This document shows positions 1 to 8,770 of a stretch of 32,000 nucleotides of DNA, piece after piece. Numbering within the stretch: the first letter of the stretch is position 1; every line of letters starts with the position of its first letter. Below the pieces are notes generated by a model. That model was not told the DNA's origin. It was given only the letters and a program-made list of their open reading frames with translations, and made no database searches. The stretch is taken from NCBI GenBank assembly GCA_003144275.1, contig NJBF01000017.1, positions 1 to 32,000 of the forward strand, read 5' to 3'. The DNA is from Candidatus Heimdallarchaeota archaeon B3_Heim. GTDB lineage: Archaea > Asgardarchaeota > Heimdallarchaeia > Hodarchaeales > Hodarchaeaceae. Made by a program: the position numbers and the translations under genes.

Positions 1-529
1 AGAGCGTAATAATATCATCATGTGTAGCGTCTGGTTTCAGTATTGTATGATCAATGCAATGAGCAATATCTTCTGGTACACATTCCCCACCGGTCCCAAA
101 TTCAATTCCCAATCGATCTACACCAAAATCCATGAACTTGCGAAATGTATCGGGTTTTTTCTCGACACAAATACCACAGGTACAAACCATTTCGGAATCA
201 CAAGTACATGATGCGGTAGCTGATGTTTGACTTTCAGGCAGGACAACCATTTGACTTATACGATCAGCAATCCTGGAAATGTCTTCACTGGTTAATTCAA
301 TCAATTCCTTCTCTCTAAGGTGGCGAAATATTTCATATGTTCGCGTTCGTTGAATCCCAGTCGCTTTGGCGATTTCTGTTGCTGTCAGCTTATCATTTGC
401 AAGTAAATGCATAAAAATTATGGTTTCACTCTCAGAAAGATCCAGAAGGGTTTTAAGCTGTTCCTTCAGACTAGCTAGATTACCATCTGTTTTGAAAGAT
501 ACTTCCAAATTGGGAAAACTTTTCGTCAT
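1..529 (-). CDS. deoC: TrmB-type HTH fused via a Cys-rich segment to deoxyribose-phosphate aldolase (partial; runs off the window start)
   Basis: Manual translation from ATG 529 (in-frame TAG directly upstream) is open for 176 codons to the window edge. MTKSFPNLEV...LSESETIIFMHLLANDKLTATEIAKATGIQRTRTYEIFRHLREKELIE matches the TrmB HTH pattern, then SCTCDSEMVCTCGIC, then DIAHCIDHTILKPDATHDDIITL, the DeoC N-terminal signature. Absent from the ORF track because the stop lies outside the window. Confidence 0.85.
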   Translation of the reverse strand, partial: MTKSFPNLEVSFKTDGNLASLKEQLKTLLDLSESETIIFMHLLANDKLTATEIAKATGIQRTRTYEIFRHLREKELIELTSEDISRIADRISQMVVLPESQTSATASCTCDSEMVCTCGICVEKKPDTFRKFMDFGVDRLGIEFGTGGECVPEDIAHCIDHTILKPDATHDDIITL

Positions 530-659
530 CTAATTCAACTTTGTCTAAGTTCTAATTTAAACAAATTAATGTGCATTTTTATTTTTTAAGGAAATATCTT
601 GCATTACCCAATGAATACACTCCTGTCATTCTCAGTAAGTACAACAAGAGAAAAATAAT

Positions 660-670
660 CTTAAAGGGGT
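660..670 (+). promoter_or_regulatory. Candidate archaeal BRE/TATA element for the 717 gene
   Basis: A-rich run followed by CTTAAAGGGGT. The identical 11-mer occurs at 8737-8747, 24 nt upstream of the transposase ATG. Confidence 0.4.
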
Positions 671-716
671 TAAATAATGCAGAAGCTACAATAGAATAAA
701 TGTTTATGGTGAAATA

Positions 717-1718
717 ATGACGACTCTAAATTTTGAGGGGATTTTTCCAATCATAACGACAGCTGTATCATTCTTATTCTTTCTCAGCGTTTCAGAACAG
801 TATCTCAGAAAGAGGAAGCTTCATCAGCTAGTTTGGGCTATTTCTATGTTTCTATTCATGATAACAGCTGGTGCCGAAGGATTAAGTTTATTATTAGGCA
901 GATGGGATCCTTTCATATACCGAATATATTACTTACTTGCTGCTATACAAGTATCGGTTATGGGAGCTGGGGCCTTGTATCTTTTTGCAAATAGACAGAT
1001 TATTAATGAAGAGAATACTGGAAAAGCACTGGTTTTATTTGGTATTATCTGGACTTTCTTTGCATTTATTTTCCAATTTCGAGCCTCAATTTTTCTGGTC
1101 GTATTGGTTCCTGCATTGTTTATGACCCTAGCAGGTCTCTATCAAATTCTCTCTATCCGTCGTAAGGGATTTGAGAATTCTTTCCATTTAACTGGATTTC
1201 AATTCACCAATCTCTTTGTATTATTCATTCTTTACATATTCGCCTTCATGGTTTATGTAGGGATGACAGCCGAATTGGATTTGGCATATCTTGTTGCTAG
1301 TGGTGGACAAGAAGTGGCTGGTCATGGCTGGATAAATGATTTACCAGGATTGAGAGCAACCATTCGTCTATTTTCTCCGTTGAATACCATACCAGGTGGC
1401 GTTGCATTAATCGGTGGAGTCTTTTTCTCGTATTATAGCTGGCAAAGAGCCATTAAGAAACAAACAGGGTCATATAATTTTGGTAAAGGATTTTTCAATA
1501 TTTATATTGGTGGAGGTGCTCTTGCATTAAGTATAGCAGGAACATTATCTGGCTTTGGATTCGGAGTTCTTTATTTGGGAGAAGCAGTCTCAGTTATAAT
1601 AATGTATTTCGGTTTTCTAGAATCTGACAAAATTACATGGCAAAAATTAGTTAATATTCTCACTCTTGGTTGGTTACGAAATTCGGAATCGAGAGAAGTG
1701 AGTGTGAGTCCCAAATAA
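717..1718 (+). CDS. Multi-pass membrane protein resembling stand-alone HisKA_7TM-like membrane domains; function unknown
   Basis: 333 aa, mostly hydrophobic helices. Motifs EQYLRKRKLHQLVWAISM, YRIYYLLAA, IRLFSPLNTIPGGVALIGG, LYLGEAVSVIIMYFGF. Divergent from the TrmB-DeoC gene. Confidence 0.7.
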   Translation: MTTLNFEGIFPIITTAVSFLFFLSVSEQYLRKRKLHQLVWAISMFLFMITAGAEGLSLLLGRWDPFIYRIYYLLAAIQVSVMGAGALYLFANRQIINEENTGKALVLFGIIWTFFAFIFQFRASIFLVVLVPALFMTLAGLYQILSIRRKGFENSFHLTGFQFTNLFVLFILYIFAFMVYVGMTAELDLAYLVASGGQEVAGHGWINDLPGLRATIRLFSPLNTIPGGVALIGGVFFSYYSWQRAIKKQTGSYNFGKGFFNIYIGGGALALSIAGTLSGFGFGVLYLGEAVSVIIMYFGFLESDKITWQKLVNILTLGWLRNSESREVSVSPK

Positions 1719-1871
1719 GGATTTCTGCTCCCTTTTCATTTTTACTAATTTTAACTTTGGTTTTTTGATTGAACAACGATAGATTAGGTATTCAGGTGGA
1801 AGGGGAAAAGATCCCAATATTTCAAGTCACATTAAAGAGATACATTTAATACCATTGTTCCTCACCTTCTC

Positions 1872-2121
1872 CTAGTCAAACTGATATCCATCTTCTATCC
1901 AAGCTTCTCTCATAACAGGGTTCCGTTCAAGATAGGCATCAACAATCGCTTTAGGGGTCTTATTTAGTGGAAATGAAAAATTTTACACATTTAGGACAGA
2001 TATTCTTCTGTAAAAAGTAGAAGGTTTCACTTGTTATACCTGAAAGACCCAGCCCAAATTGGAAAATAGCAAAAACATAGAAGATAACCAATAAAAATGC
2101 AGTAAAGCACAATTGAAGAAA
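1872..2121 (-). pseudogene. 3' remnant of a conserved Cys-containing membrane protein with a +1 frameshift
   Basis: Reads FLQLCFTAFLLVIFYVFAIFQFGLGLSGITSETFYFLQKNICPKCV. Removing one A from the AAAA run at 1981-1984 continues NFSFPLNKTPKAIVDAYLERNPVMREAWIEDGYQFD* (TAG 1872-1874). No start codon; the 5' end abuts the T-rich tail of the VOC gene. Confidence 0.65.
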
Positions 2122-2167
2122 AGAATCTGAGGATAAAAAAAAATAAAAAAGAACTTAAGTAATATAC

Positions 2168-2518
2168 CTAAGCTGATTCCGAAGTAAGACTTAGTTCAGT
2201 ACCAAAGCAATCCTGAAATATCGCTACATCTCCAAAATTTTCATAGCTGAATTTCTCTTTGATTACTTTGCCGTCTTTGGAAATCACTTTTTCTAAAGTC
2301 TCGTCAATATTTTTAACTTCGAACCCAATATTAAGTCCTTTTGGTCGGATTTTCTCGGTTTGAAAAATACTAATTCCGATTGAACCATTTATTGTGGCCC
2401 ATCCTTGGTTAGGCATTCGTTCACGATCAAAATTCCATCCGAATACAGTTTCATAAAATTCTATCCCTTTTTCTAAATCTAGAACGGGTATTTCTATTCC
2501 TACATCCATTTTTTTCAC
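2168..2518 (-). CDS. VOC (glyoxalase/bleomycin resistance) family protein
   Basis: IEIPVLDLEKGIEFYETVFGW, FEVKNIDETLEKVISKDGKVI, GDVAIFQDCFG. Confidence 0.9.
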   Translation of the reverse strand: MKKMDVGIEIPVLDLEKGIEFYETVFGWNFDRERMPNQGWATINGSIGISIFQTEKIRPKGLNIGFEVKNIDETLEKVISKDGKVIKEKFSYENFGDVAIFQDCFGTELSLTSESA

Positions 2519-2719
2519 TTCTTAACTATTGTTAATTTTTTTAAGTGAATATGGCACAAAAAATCTGAGTTTAAATGGCTATATTTCAGAATATAGTAAA
2601 TTCTTGTTTTTGGCTTGTAGGAAATTATCAAAAAGACTTTAAAAATGAAAGTAGTGAGCACTCTTCAAAGGAACACGTAAAATATGTTTTTACAACTGAT
2701 AAGGATAGCAATTGGGCAA

Positions 2720-3235
2720 CTAAAAGACCACAATGATTGCAGAGAATATTACACAAATTAGGGTTAGAGGGATAGAAGCAATAAGATGACCTTTATAATG
2801 ATGAGAAAAGTCCTTATAATCTTCGGGAGTTGTACCATCAATGATTACAAACTTAGGTGTAATTTTGCTGATGATCAACCAATCTAGAACCACTAAATCA
2901 ACCAGAAAAAACAAAAAAACCATGAAAAACATGTTTAGGAAAGCTATTTCGAAAGGTATCTCACCCCCAAGCTCTGTTTCCAAAAAAGCTGTAGAAATCA
3001 AAGGATAAGCTAAAATGAAAAACAACCAGGGTATCCCAACCAAACCCGCCATGATCCTTTCTCTTCGAGTTTGAGGGGGAATTTTTTCCTTTATTCTCTC
3101 TGGATAATCCTGATACCCCCATATTCGAGGGTCAAATGTAACCATGAAAATCAAAAGATAGCAGGCACCAATCAGTGTATAAAGGAGACCATTGAAGATA
3201 ACTGCTGTGAATACCATTTTAATCTCGCCCCACAA
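2720..3235 (-). CDS. Conserved 4-TM membrane protein of unknown function (start may be MVFTAV)
   Basis: Four hydrophobic segments; motifs PRIWGYQDYP, FFLVDLVVLDWLI, YKDFSHHYKGH. Confidence 0.75.
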   Translation of the reverse strand: MWGEIKMVFTAVIFNGLLYTLIGACYLLIFMVTFDPRIWGYQDYPERIKEKIPPQTRRERIMAGLVGIPWLFFILAYPLISTAFLETELGGEIPFEIAFLNMFFMVFLFFLVDLVVLDWLIISKITPKFVIIDGTTPEDYKDFSHHYKGHLIASIPLTLICVIFSAIIVVF

Positions 3236-3482
3236 AACAGATCAGTATTTCTTCTCCTTTTTATCATTTTAATGTATATATTGCATATGTGTCACTTGAT
3301 GGATCTTCGAACAGTTACTGAATTCAAGGTTTATAAGAGCCATCTCTTCCAATTGTTGCAGTACATTTATATTGGAAAAAATACCGTTTTTCCGCTAATC
3401 TATTCCTAGATTACGAATTACCCTAGGGCAGCCTAATACATTTGAAGGGAAGTGGAGTTTATTAGGACAGGAAGAAATTATT

Positions 3483-3713
3483 ATGGAAATTACTAAAAAT
3501 ACACGAGTTGCTGACATTTTAAAAGAATATGGTGATATTGCAGATGTGATGGAAATATTTGGGGTCAAGCGTGTAGGAAGATATTCAGTTCGTAGACTTA
3601 TAACAAAAGTTTTGACGGTTGAACGGGCGGCCCGTGTCCATAGAGTTCCCCTTAATGAATTTTTGGTTACATTGAATAAAGCAATTTTAATACAGGAAGA
3701 GAAATCTGCTTGA
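3483..3713 (+). CDS. DUF1858-domain small protein
   Basis: ITKNTRVADILKEYGDIADVM...LTVERAARVHRVPLNEFLVTLN fits the DUF1858 pattern; lies upstream of fprA. Confidence 0.75.
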   Translation: MEITKNTRVADILKEYGDIADVMEIFGVKRVGRYSVRRLITKVLTVERAARVHRVPLNEFLVTLNKAILIQEEKSA

Positions 3714-4014
3714 GTAAGTTTTTTGAACGTTTATATCATTCGTGAATTGCTCCCGCTTTCTCCGTACCATTTGGTACTTGCCCATAGATCACATTTAGTG
3801 TTATTATCATTATTATCTTTATTTTTCCTTTTTTTCTCACTCTATTTCCCCCTCTTTAAGTCATAAGAATTAGTTTGTTCTCCACAGATTCCGTTTTGAA
3901 TTCATAATGGGTATATATTCATAATAGAAAATTATTTATTCCTGCAAATACCCATCTAGATCTACTGGGTTTGTTTAAATGAGAAAAAAATATTTTTTTT
4001 TTAGGTGAAAAAAA

Positions 4015-5205
4015 TTGCTGAAAGAAATTGAAACTGGAATATGGATAATCTCAACAAATGATTGGGAAAGGCGCTTATTTGATGAATTGATTCCTTTACC
4101 AGATGGAACAAGTTATAATGCTTATGTGATCAAAGGCACTACTCACAATGCTTTGATTGATTCATCCGATATTCGTAAGATTGAGCCATTCTTGAACGAC
4201 CTACAATCCTTGTCTCTAGAAAAAATAGACTACATTATTGCTAATCATGCAGAACCTGATCATTCTGGAGCGATCTTGGATGTATTAACCTTGTATCCAA
4301 AGGCTAAAATTGTGTGTACAGAAAAGTGCAAGGAAATTCTTGTAGATTTACTTCATATCCCACCAGAAACATTCGTTATCGTGACACATGAGAGTTCCAT
4401 AGATCTAGGTGGACGAACATTGAATTTTATACCCGCTCCGTGGGTTCATTGGCCTGAAACGATGTTTACTTATCTGAACGAAGAGAAAATCCTTTTTACT
4501 TGTGATTTTTTGGGAAATCATATTGCGTCAAGTGAGGTTTACTCATCTAAAGATAAACGGACATATATTGCTGCAAAACGGTATTATGCCGAAATAATGA
4601 TGCCTTTCAGAAAGATCATTAAAAGGCACTTAGATACTATCGAGAAACTAGACATTAGTCTCATTGCTACAAGTCATGGATTGATCTATGATGATCCTGG
4701 GTTCATAATAAACGCGTATAAAGAATGGGCTTCTGATAAAGTAAAAAACGAGGTGGTCATTCCCTATGTGTCAATGTATGGCAGTACTGAAAAAATGGTG
4801 GAATATCTAACTGAAAATCTAATTAAACGGGGAATAACTGTAAAACCGTTCATGCTGACGACAACTGACATTGGAGAGTTAGCAATGAGTCTAGTTGATT
4901 GTGCTTCGATTGTTATAGGTTCACCTACCGTCCTTACAGGTCCTCATCCTGCGGTTGTTTATGCAACCTATCTGGCCAATTTACTAAAACCAAAAGCTAA
5001 ATTTGCTACTGTAATTGGTTCTTATGGCTGGAAAGGTAGTGTAGTTGATCAAATTGTCAATTTGATACCTAAACTCAAGGTAGAACTCTTTAATCCCGTG
5101 ATCATAAAAGGTAAACCACGTGATGAAGATTTTTCCCTTTTAGATAACCTTGTTGACGAAATTGTGAGAAAACATGAAGAATTAGGATTGTTCAATCATC
5201 CTTGA
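4015..5205 (+). CDS. fprA: Flavodiiron protein (A-type flavoprotein; O2/NO reductase)
   Basis: GTSYNAY, diiron motif NHAEPDHSG, WVHWPETM, CDFLG, SHG; flavodoxin motifs SMYGSTEKM, GSPT, GSYGW. TTG start preceded by RBS AGGTGA. Confidence 0.95.
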   Translation: MLKEIETGIWIISTNDWERRLFDELIPLPDGTSYNAYVIKGTTHNALIDSSDIRKIEPFLNDLQSLSLEKIDYIIANHAEPDHSGAILDVLTLYPKAKIVCTEKCKEILVDLLHIPPETFVIVTHESSIDLGGRTLNFIPAPWVHWPETMFTYLNEEKILFTCDFLGNHIASSEVYSSKDKRTYIAAKRYYAEIMMPFRKIIKRHLDTIEKLDISLIATSHGLIYDDPGFIINAYKEWASDKVKNEVVIPYVSMYGSTEKMVEYLTENLIKRGITVKPFMLTTTDIGELAMSLVDCASIVIGSPTVLTGPHPAVVYATYLANLLKPKAKFATVIGSYGWKGSVVDQIVNLIPKLKVELFNPVIIKGKPRDEDFSLLDNLVDEIVRKHEELGLFNHP

Positions 5206-5397
5206 GAGATTAACACGAGCTCCACATCGGAATAAAATGGTTAGAATTAAAATATCTCAGGATATTTAGAGATTGCACTGAACGTTGGTTAAGATCGATT
5301 TTTATATAAAACGTATATACGTCCCAAAACAATAGGGTAAGAAAGAAGTGTAAATCAAAAAAGAAGAAGGAAGGAGGATTAATGTATGTTATTAGAG

Positions 5398-5814
5398 CTA
5401 ACCTTCCTGTGTAGGCCACTTCCATGCATACCAAACAATTAGTGAAAGAAGCACAGCTTCTACAAAACTAAAGAGCATAAAGAAAGGCCAAGTCTCTCCT
5501 GTGAATCCTGAAATAAGTACAAGACCAATATTGAATATGCCTAAGATGATGTTTGTCATGCGATTCACTTTAGCGTTCAATATCAGGGATAAGCAAATCA
5601 TAAGACTCGGAATCATCATGAATATTGACACTGCCAACAACCATACATCAGTAATTTGAGAACCGGCTACTTCTCCCGCTATTATATCCTCTATATGCCC
5701 TGGAATATGAAGTCCGAAATAATCCGCATAGATATATAGAAACATAACAGATACCCATAAGACTGCAAGCTTTAGTTTCACATCTATCTTTGCATCTTCC
5801 AAACGATTTGTCAT
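5398..5814 (-). CDS. DUF6326-like small membrane protein
   Basis: KLKLAVLWVSVMFLYIYADYF...IPSLMICLSLIL...IVWYAWKWP; four TM helices. Confidence 0.75.
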   Translation of the reverse strand: MTNRLEDAKIDVKLKLAVLWVSVMFLYIYADYFGLHIPGHIEDIIAGEVAGSQITDVWLLAVSIFMMIPSLMICLSLILNAKVNRMTNIILGIFNIGLVLISGFTGETWPFFMLFSFVEAVLLSLIVWYAWKWPTQEG

Positions 5815-5827
5815 ATTAATTCCTCGT

Positions 5828-6850
5828 TTACTCTATACTGATGACCACTCGACCTTTAGCATGACCTGTTTCGTAGTGACGATGAGCTTCTGCAGTTTGG
5901 CTTAATAGATACACAGTATCTATAACTGGTTTGATCTTTCCCTCTTCAATCCATTCACGAATTAAATTCATAGCGGCCGCACTTTCATCTGCTGTCCCAG
6001 TTTTGAATTTTTTATTTTTTGTCATCATATGGAAAAGGTTTTTTGGACTACTTATGGGATTATTTGATACATAGATTCCTTCGGATGCTAAAATGTTCTT
6101 GCATTTTGAAAGATTTTTCGTTGAAACTACATCTAAGATTATATCATACTTGGAATCATTCTTTGTGTAATCTTCCTTGGTATAGTCGATTACAAAGTCC
6201 GCTCCCATCTCTTTTACCATCTCAACATTAGTAGGGCCACAAACTCCAGTGACTTCAGCATCATAAACATTCTTAGCCATTTGCAACGCAAACGTACCGA
6301 TTCCTCCCGAAGCTCCAATGATGAGGACTTTATCCCCTTTTTTAGGTGTTGCCAAATCCCTAAATGCCACTAGTGCAGGTGTAGACCCCCCAGGGACAGC
6401 AGCAGCTTCTTGAAAGTTCAGATTTGCAGGTTTTTTGGCCAACACAGATGCGGGAACAGTCATAAATTCAGCACATGCTCCTCCTGCTTCAGAATATCCA
6501 TAGACATGGTCTCCCACTCTCCAATCTGTAACTTCTTTTCCTATAGATACAATTTCACCTACAAAACCACCACCAGGAATTTTTTGTTTTGGCTTTCTTA
6601 GTCCCCCAAATGATAGTCTTAGAAAAAATCCTACTAATTGCTTCATACCCCAGAAAGCTACTTTCGGAGCCTTTCCACCACGATGCAGCACATCTACGGT
6701 GTTAATTGACGTTCCGTGGTTTCTAATTAAGACTTCATCGTCTTTTGTACTTGGTTTTTCTATTTCCTTTAGTTGAAGAACGTCTGGTGTTCCGTATTTT
6801 GCCATCATTATTGCCTTCATTTTTTCTTTATTTTCCATTTTTTCCACCAT
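5828..6850 (-). CDS. NAD(P)-dependent medium-chain reductase (zinc-independent quinone-oxidoreductase-like)
   Basis: YGTPDVLQLKEIEKP, VLIIGASGGIGTFALQMAK, GADFVIDY, GHAKGRVVI. Confidence 0.9.
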   Translation of the reverse strand: MVEKMENKEKMKAIMMAKYGTPDVLQLKEIEKPSTKDDEVLIRNHGTSINTVDVLHRGGKAPKVAFWGMKQLVGFFLRLSFGGLRKPKQKIPGGGFVGEIVSIGKEVTDWRVGDHVYGYSEAGGACAEFMTVPASVLAKKPANLNFQEAAAVPGGSTPALVAFRDLATPKKGDKVLIIGASGGIGTFALQMAKNVYDAEVTGVCGPTNVEMVKEMGADFVIDYTKEDYTKNDSKYDIILDVVSTKNLSKCKNILASEGIYVSNNPISSPKNLFHMMTKNKKFKTGTADESAAAMNLIREWIEEGKIKPVIDTVYLLSQTAEAHRHYETGHAKGRVVISIE

Positions 6851-7469
6851 TTTAGTTTTAAGAAACTTGTTAATGATCAGTTGTTAGGCTATTGCTTTGG
6901 AATTGCTTTTACCGTGAATTAATTGTTCATCAAAAACGTTTGTAATTCTAATAATTTAAAATTGATTTATGTGATATTCATAGATTGAATTAGTAAGGAT
7001 TTCAATCAATTGCTCTATCAATTCTTTATCGATTTTCTCATTTACATTACACGTTGGTTAAACCCTCAAACATACACCCTATTTATTTCCCATATGAAAA
7101 TAATTCTTGCTGCAATAACTCTTGTTTTGCTACCCTGTTGCATTAAGGCAGAACATGATCATTTTTGTAGTTTTTCATCTCAAATCCTTAATTTATCCCT
7201 TTTTTTTTATTTCCTAATGGTTAAGGAAGCATTCTATAAAGTGATTTAAATTTAGGATGATTACCAAGAAAAAAGAGACCATCGTTTTTAGAAAGAAACT
7301 TATTTTCATGAAAAAAAGAGTATAATATTCAAGAGTATGGAATCAACCTCCTTTGCAGAGATTTTGAACTTCATATTTCAGTGGTAAGATAAGCAATAAT
7401 TTTAAATAAGAATATATTATTGCTATCACCAAAAAAATACCCAAATCTCCCTTAAAAGTTGAAAGTACT

Positions 7470-8534
7470 ATGGATACACCTTCTACAGATTCTAGATCTT
7501 TGGAAGATATTACTAAAGAGATCAAATTTATTTCTATAAGTGCAGTAAAAAATTTATACAATCAAATTGCAGTGAATAAATTCAATATTATTTGTTTAAT
7601 TTTATTTATATTAGTACCAATCGTTTACAGGGTATTATATCTTTTTGTGGATATTAGGGGTTATGATGAATATCTTAGATCAACTGAAAGTTATCTTGTC
7701 TTTGATGAATTTTTAACAGTGTTTGCCCAGAAAGCATTAGGAACAACTAATTCACTCATTGGTATTGCAGCAGCTCTGTTCTATACATATGGATTTCTTT
7801 CTATTTCTGCAACAGCTTATTTAGTGCTATTTACACTGATAATCAGAGAAAAAAAATATCGTCAACGGGAACCATACATTTACATCGCTCTAACAACAAT
7901 AATGTTTCTCATCGATATTTCTGGCTATTGGTTATTTCCGACAGCTCCACCTGTACGATTATTTTCCGAGCTACATTATCGTATCCTAGTTGTACCTTTT
8001 GGAGATAGCTTAATTTCTATAAAATATAACGCTTTTCCGTCTGGACACATTTGGGCGTTAACTGTTCCATATATTGCTGCAAAAGCTGAAAATCTGAAAT
8101 ATTGGGAAGCACTATTCGGATCAGCAATAATTATTACTTCTTGGGTTGTGATCCTAACTGGAGACCACTATATAATTGATGCATTCGTGTCATACTTCAT
8201 TTGTATCTTCCTTTATACGATATTTTCTACAATTCACGATTATCACTATAATAAGTCAAAAATAGCATCAAAAGATATTCTAATTAAAAGGTATCGATCA
8301 CTGCTTGTTGTGTCAGCCATTTTAGTAATAATTAGCATTTTAACTTTACAATTCATTAATGATTACATTCTGATAATCCAAGTATTATGTATTATGGTAG
8401 TATGGCCTCTAATAGTGCTTAAAACAGATGTGAACGGATTATTAGATACAAATAATCGGATTCATCGATCATCTATACAGGATTACAAAGATTTTGTCAC
8501 AAAGGTTATAGAGGATTCCAAGAAATCGAGCTGA
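7470..8534 (+). CDS. PAP2 superfamily phosphotransferase/phosphatase, Aur1/IPC-synthase-like (PAP2_3)
   Basis: Motifs WLFPTAPP, NAFPSGH and GDHYIID (His-His-Asp triad) in a polytopic membrane protein. Confidence 0.8.
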   Translation: MDTPSTDSRSLEDITKEIKFISISAVKNLYNQIAVNKFNIICLILFILVPIVYRVLYLFVDIRGYDEYLRSTESYLVFDEFLTVFAQKALGTTNSLIGIAAALFYTYGFLSISATAYLVLFTLIIREKKYRQREPYIYIALTTIMFLIDISGYWLFPTAPPVRLFSELHYRILVVPFGDSLISIKYNAFPSGHIWALTVPYIAAKAENLKYWEALFGSAIIITSWVVILTGDHYIIDAFVSYFICIFLYTIFSTIHDYHYNKSKIASKDILIKRYRSLLVVSAILVIISILTLQFINDYILIIQVLCIMVVWPLIVLKTDVNGLLDTNNRIHRSSIQDYKDFVTKVIEDSKKSS

Positions 8535-8609
8535 ATAGAGAGACAATATTTTAATATAACATTTTGAAATTTTTGATCCAAAAACCAGTATCATCAATTA
8601 ATAAAATTT

Positions 8610-8630
8610 GAGATTTCGCCTAGATTGTTG
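8610..8630 (+). repeat. IS left terminal inverted repeat
   Basis: GAGATTTCGCCTAGATTGTTG versus the reverse complement of the right end, GAGATTTCGTCTAAATTGTTG. Confidence 0.85.
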
Positions 8631-8770
8631 TAACAAAGCAAAGGGGAGGAAAAACGCTAAAAAGGCATAAAAATCTTTGAAAAAAAGTGAATGAGACCGA
8701 AAGGAAAAATAAAAGATAACAAAAGTGAGAGAAAGACTTAAAGGGGTAATAAGATAATGTTATTAATATA

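Noticed and set aside
20-211. 63-aa plus-strand ORF in the track
   Set aside because: Antisense shadow of the TrmB-DeoC gene.
6900-7460. 79-aa ORF 7010-7249 and possible decayed gene on the minus strand
   Set aside because: Only short stop-riddled frames with no identifiable family; cannot be supported as a gene or a named pseudogene.
8600-8609. Target-site duplication for the IS or the composite unit
   Set aside because: Left flank ATAAAATTT matches neither right flank (ATCTTTAC after 10216; CAAATAAA after 15716).
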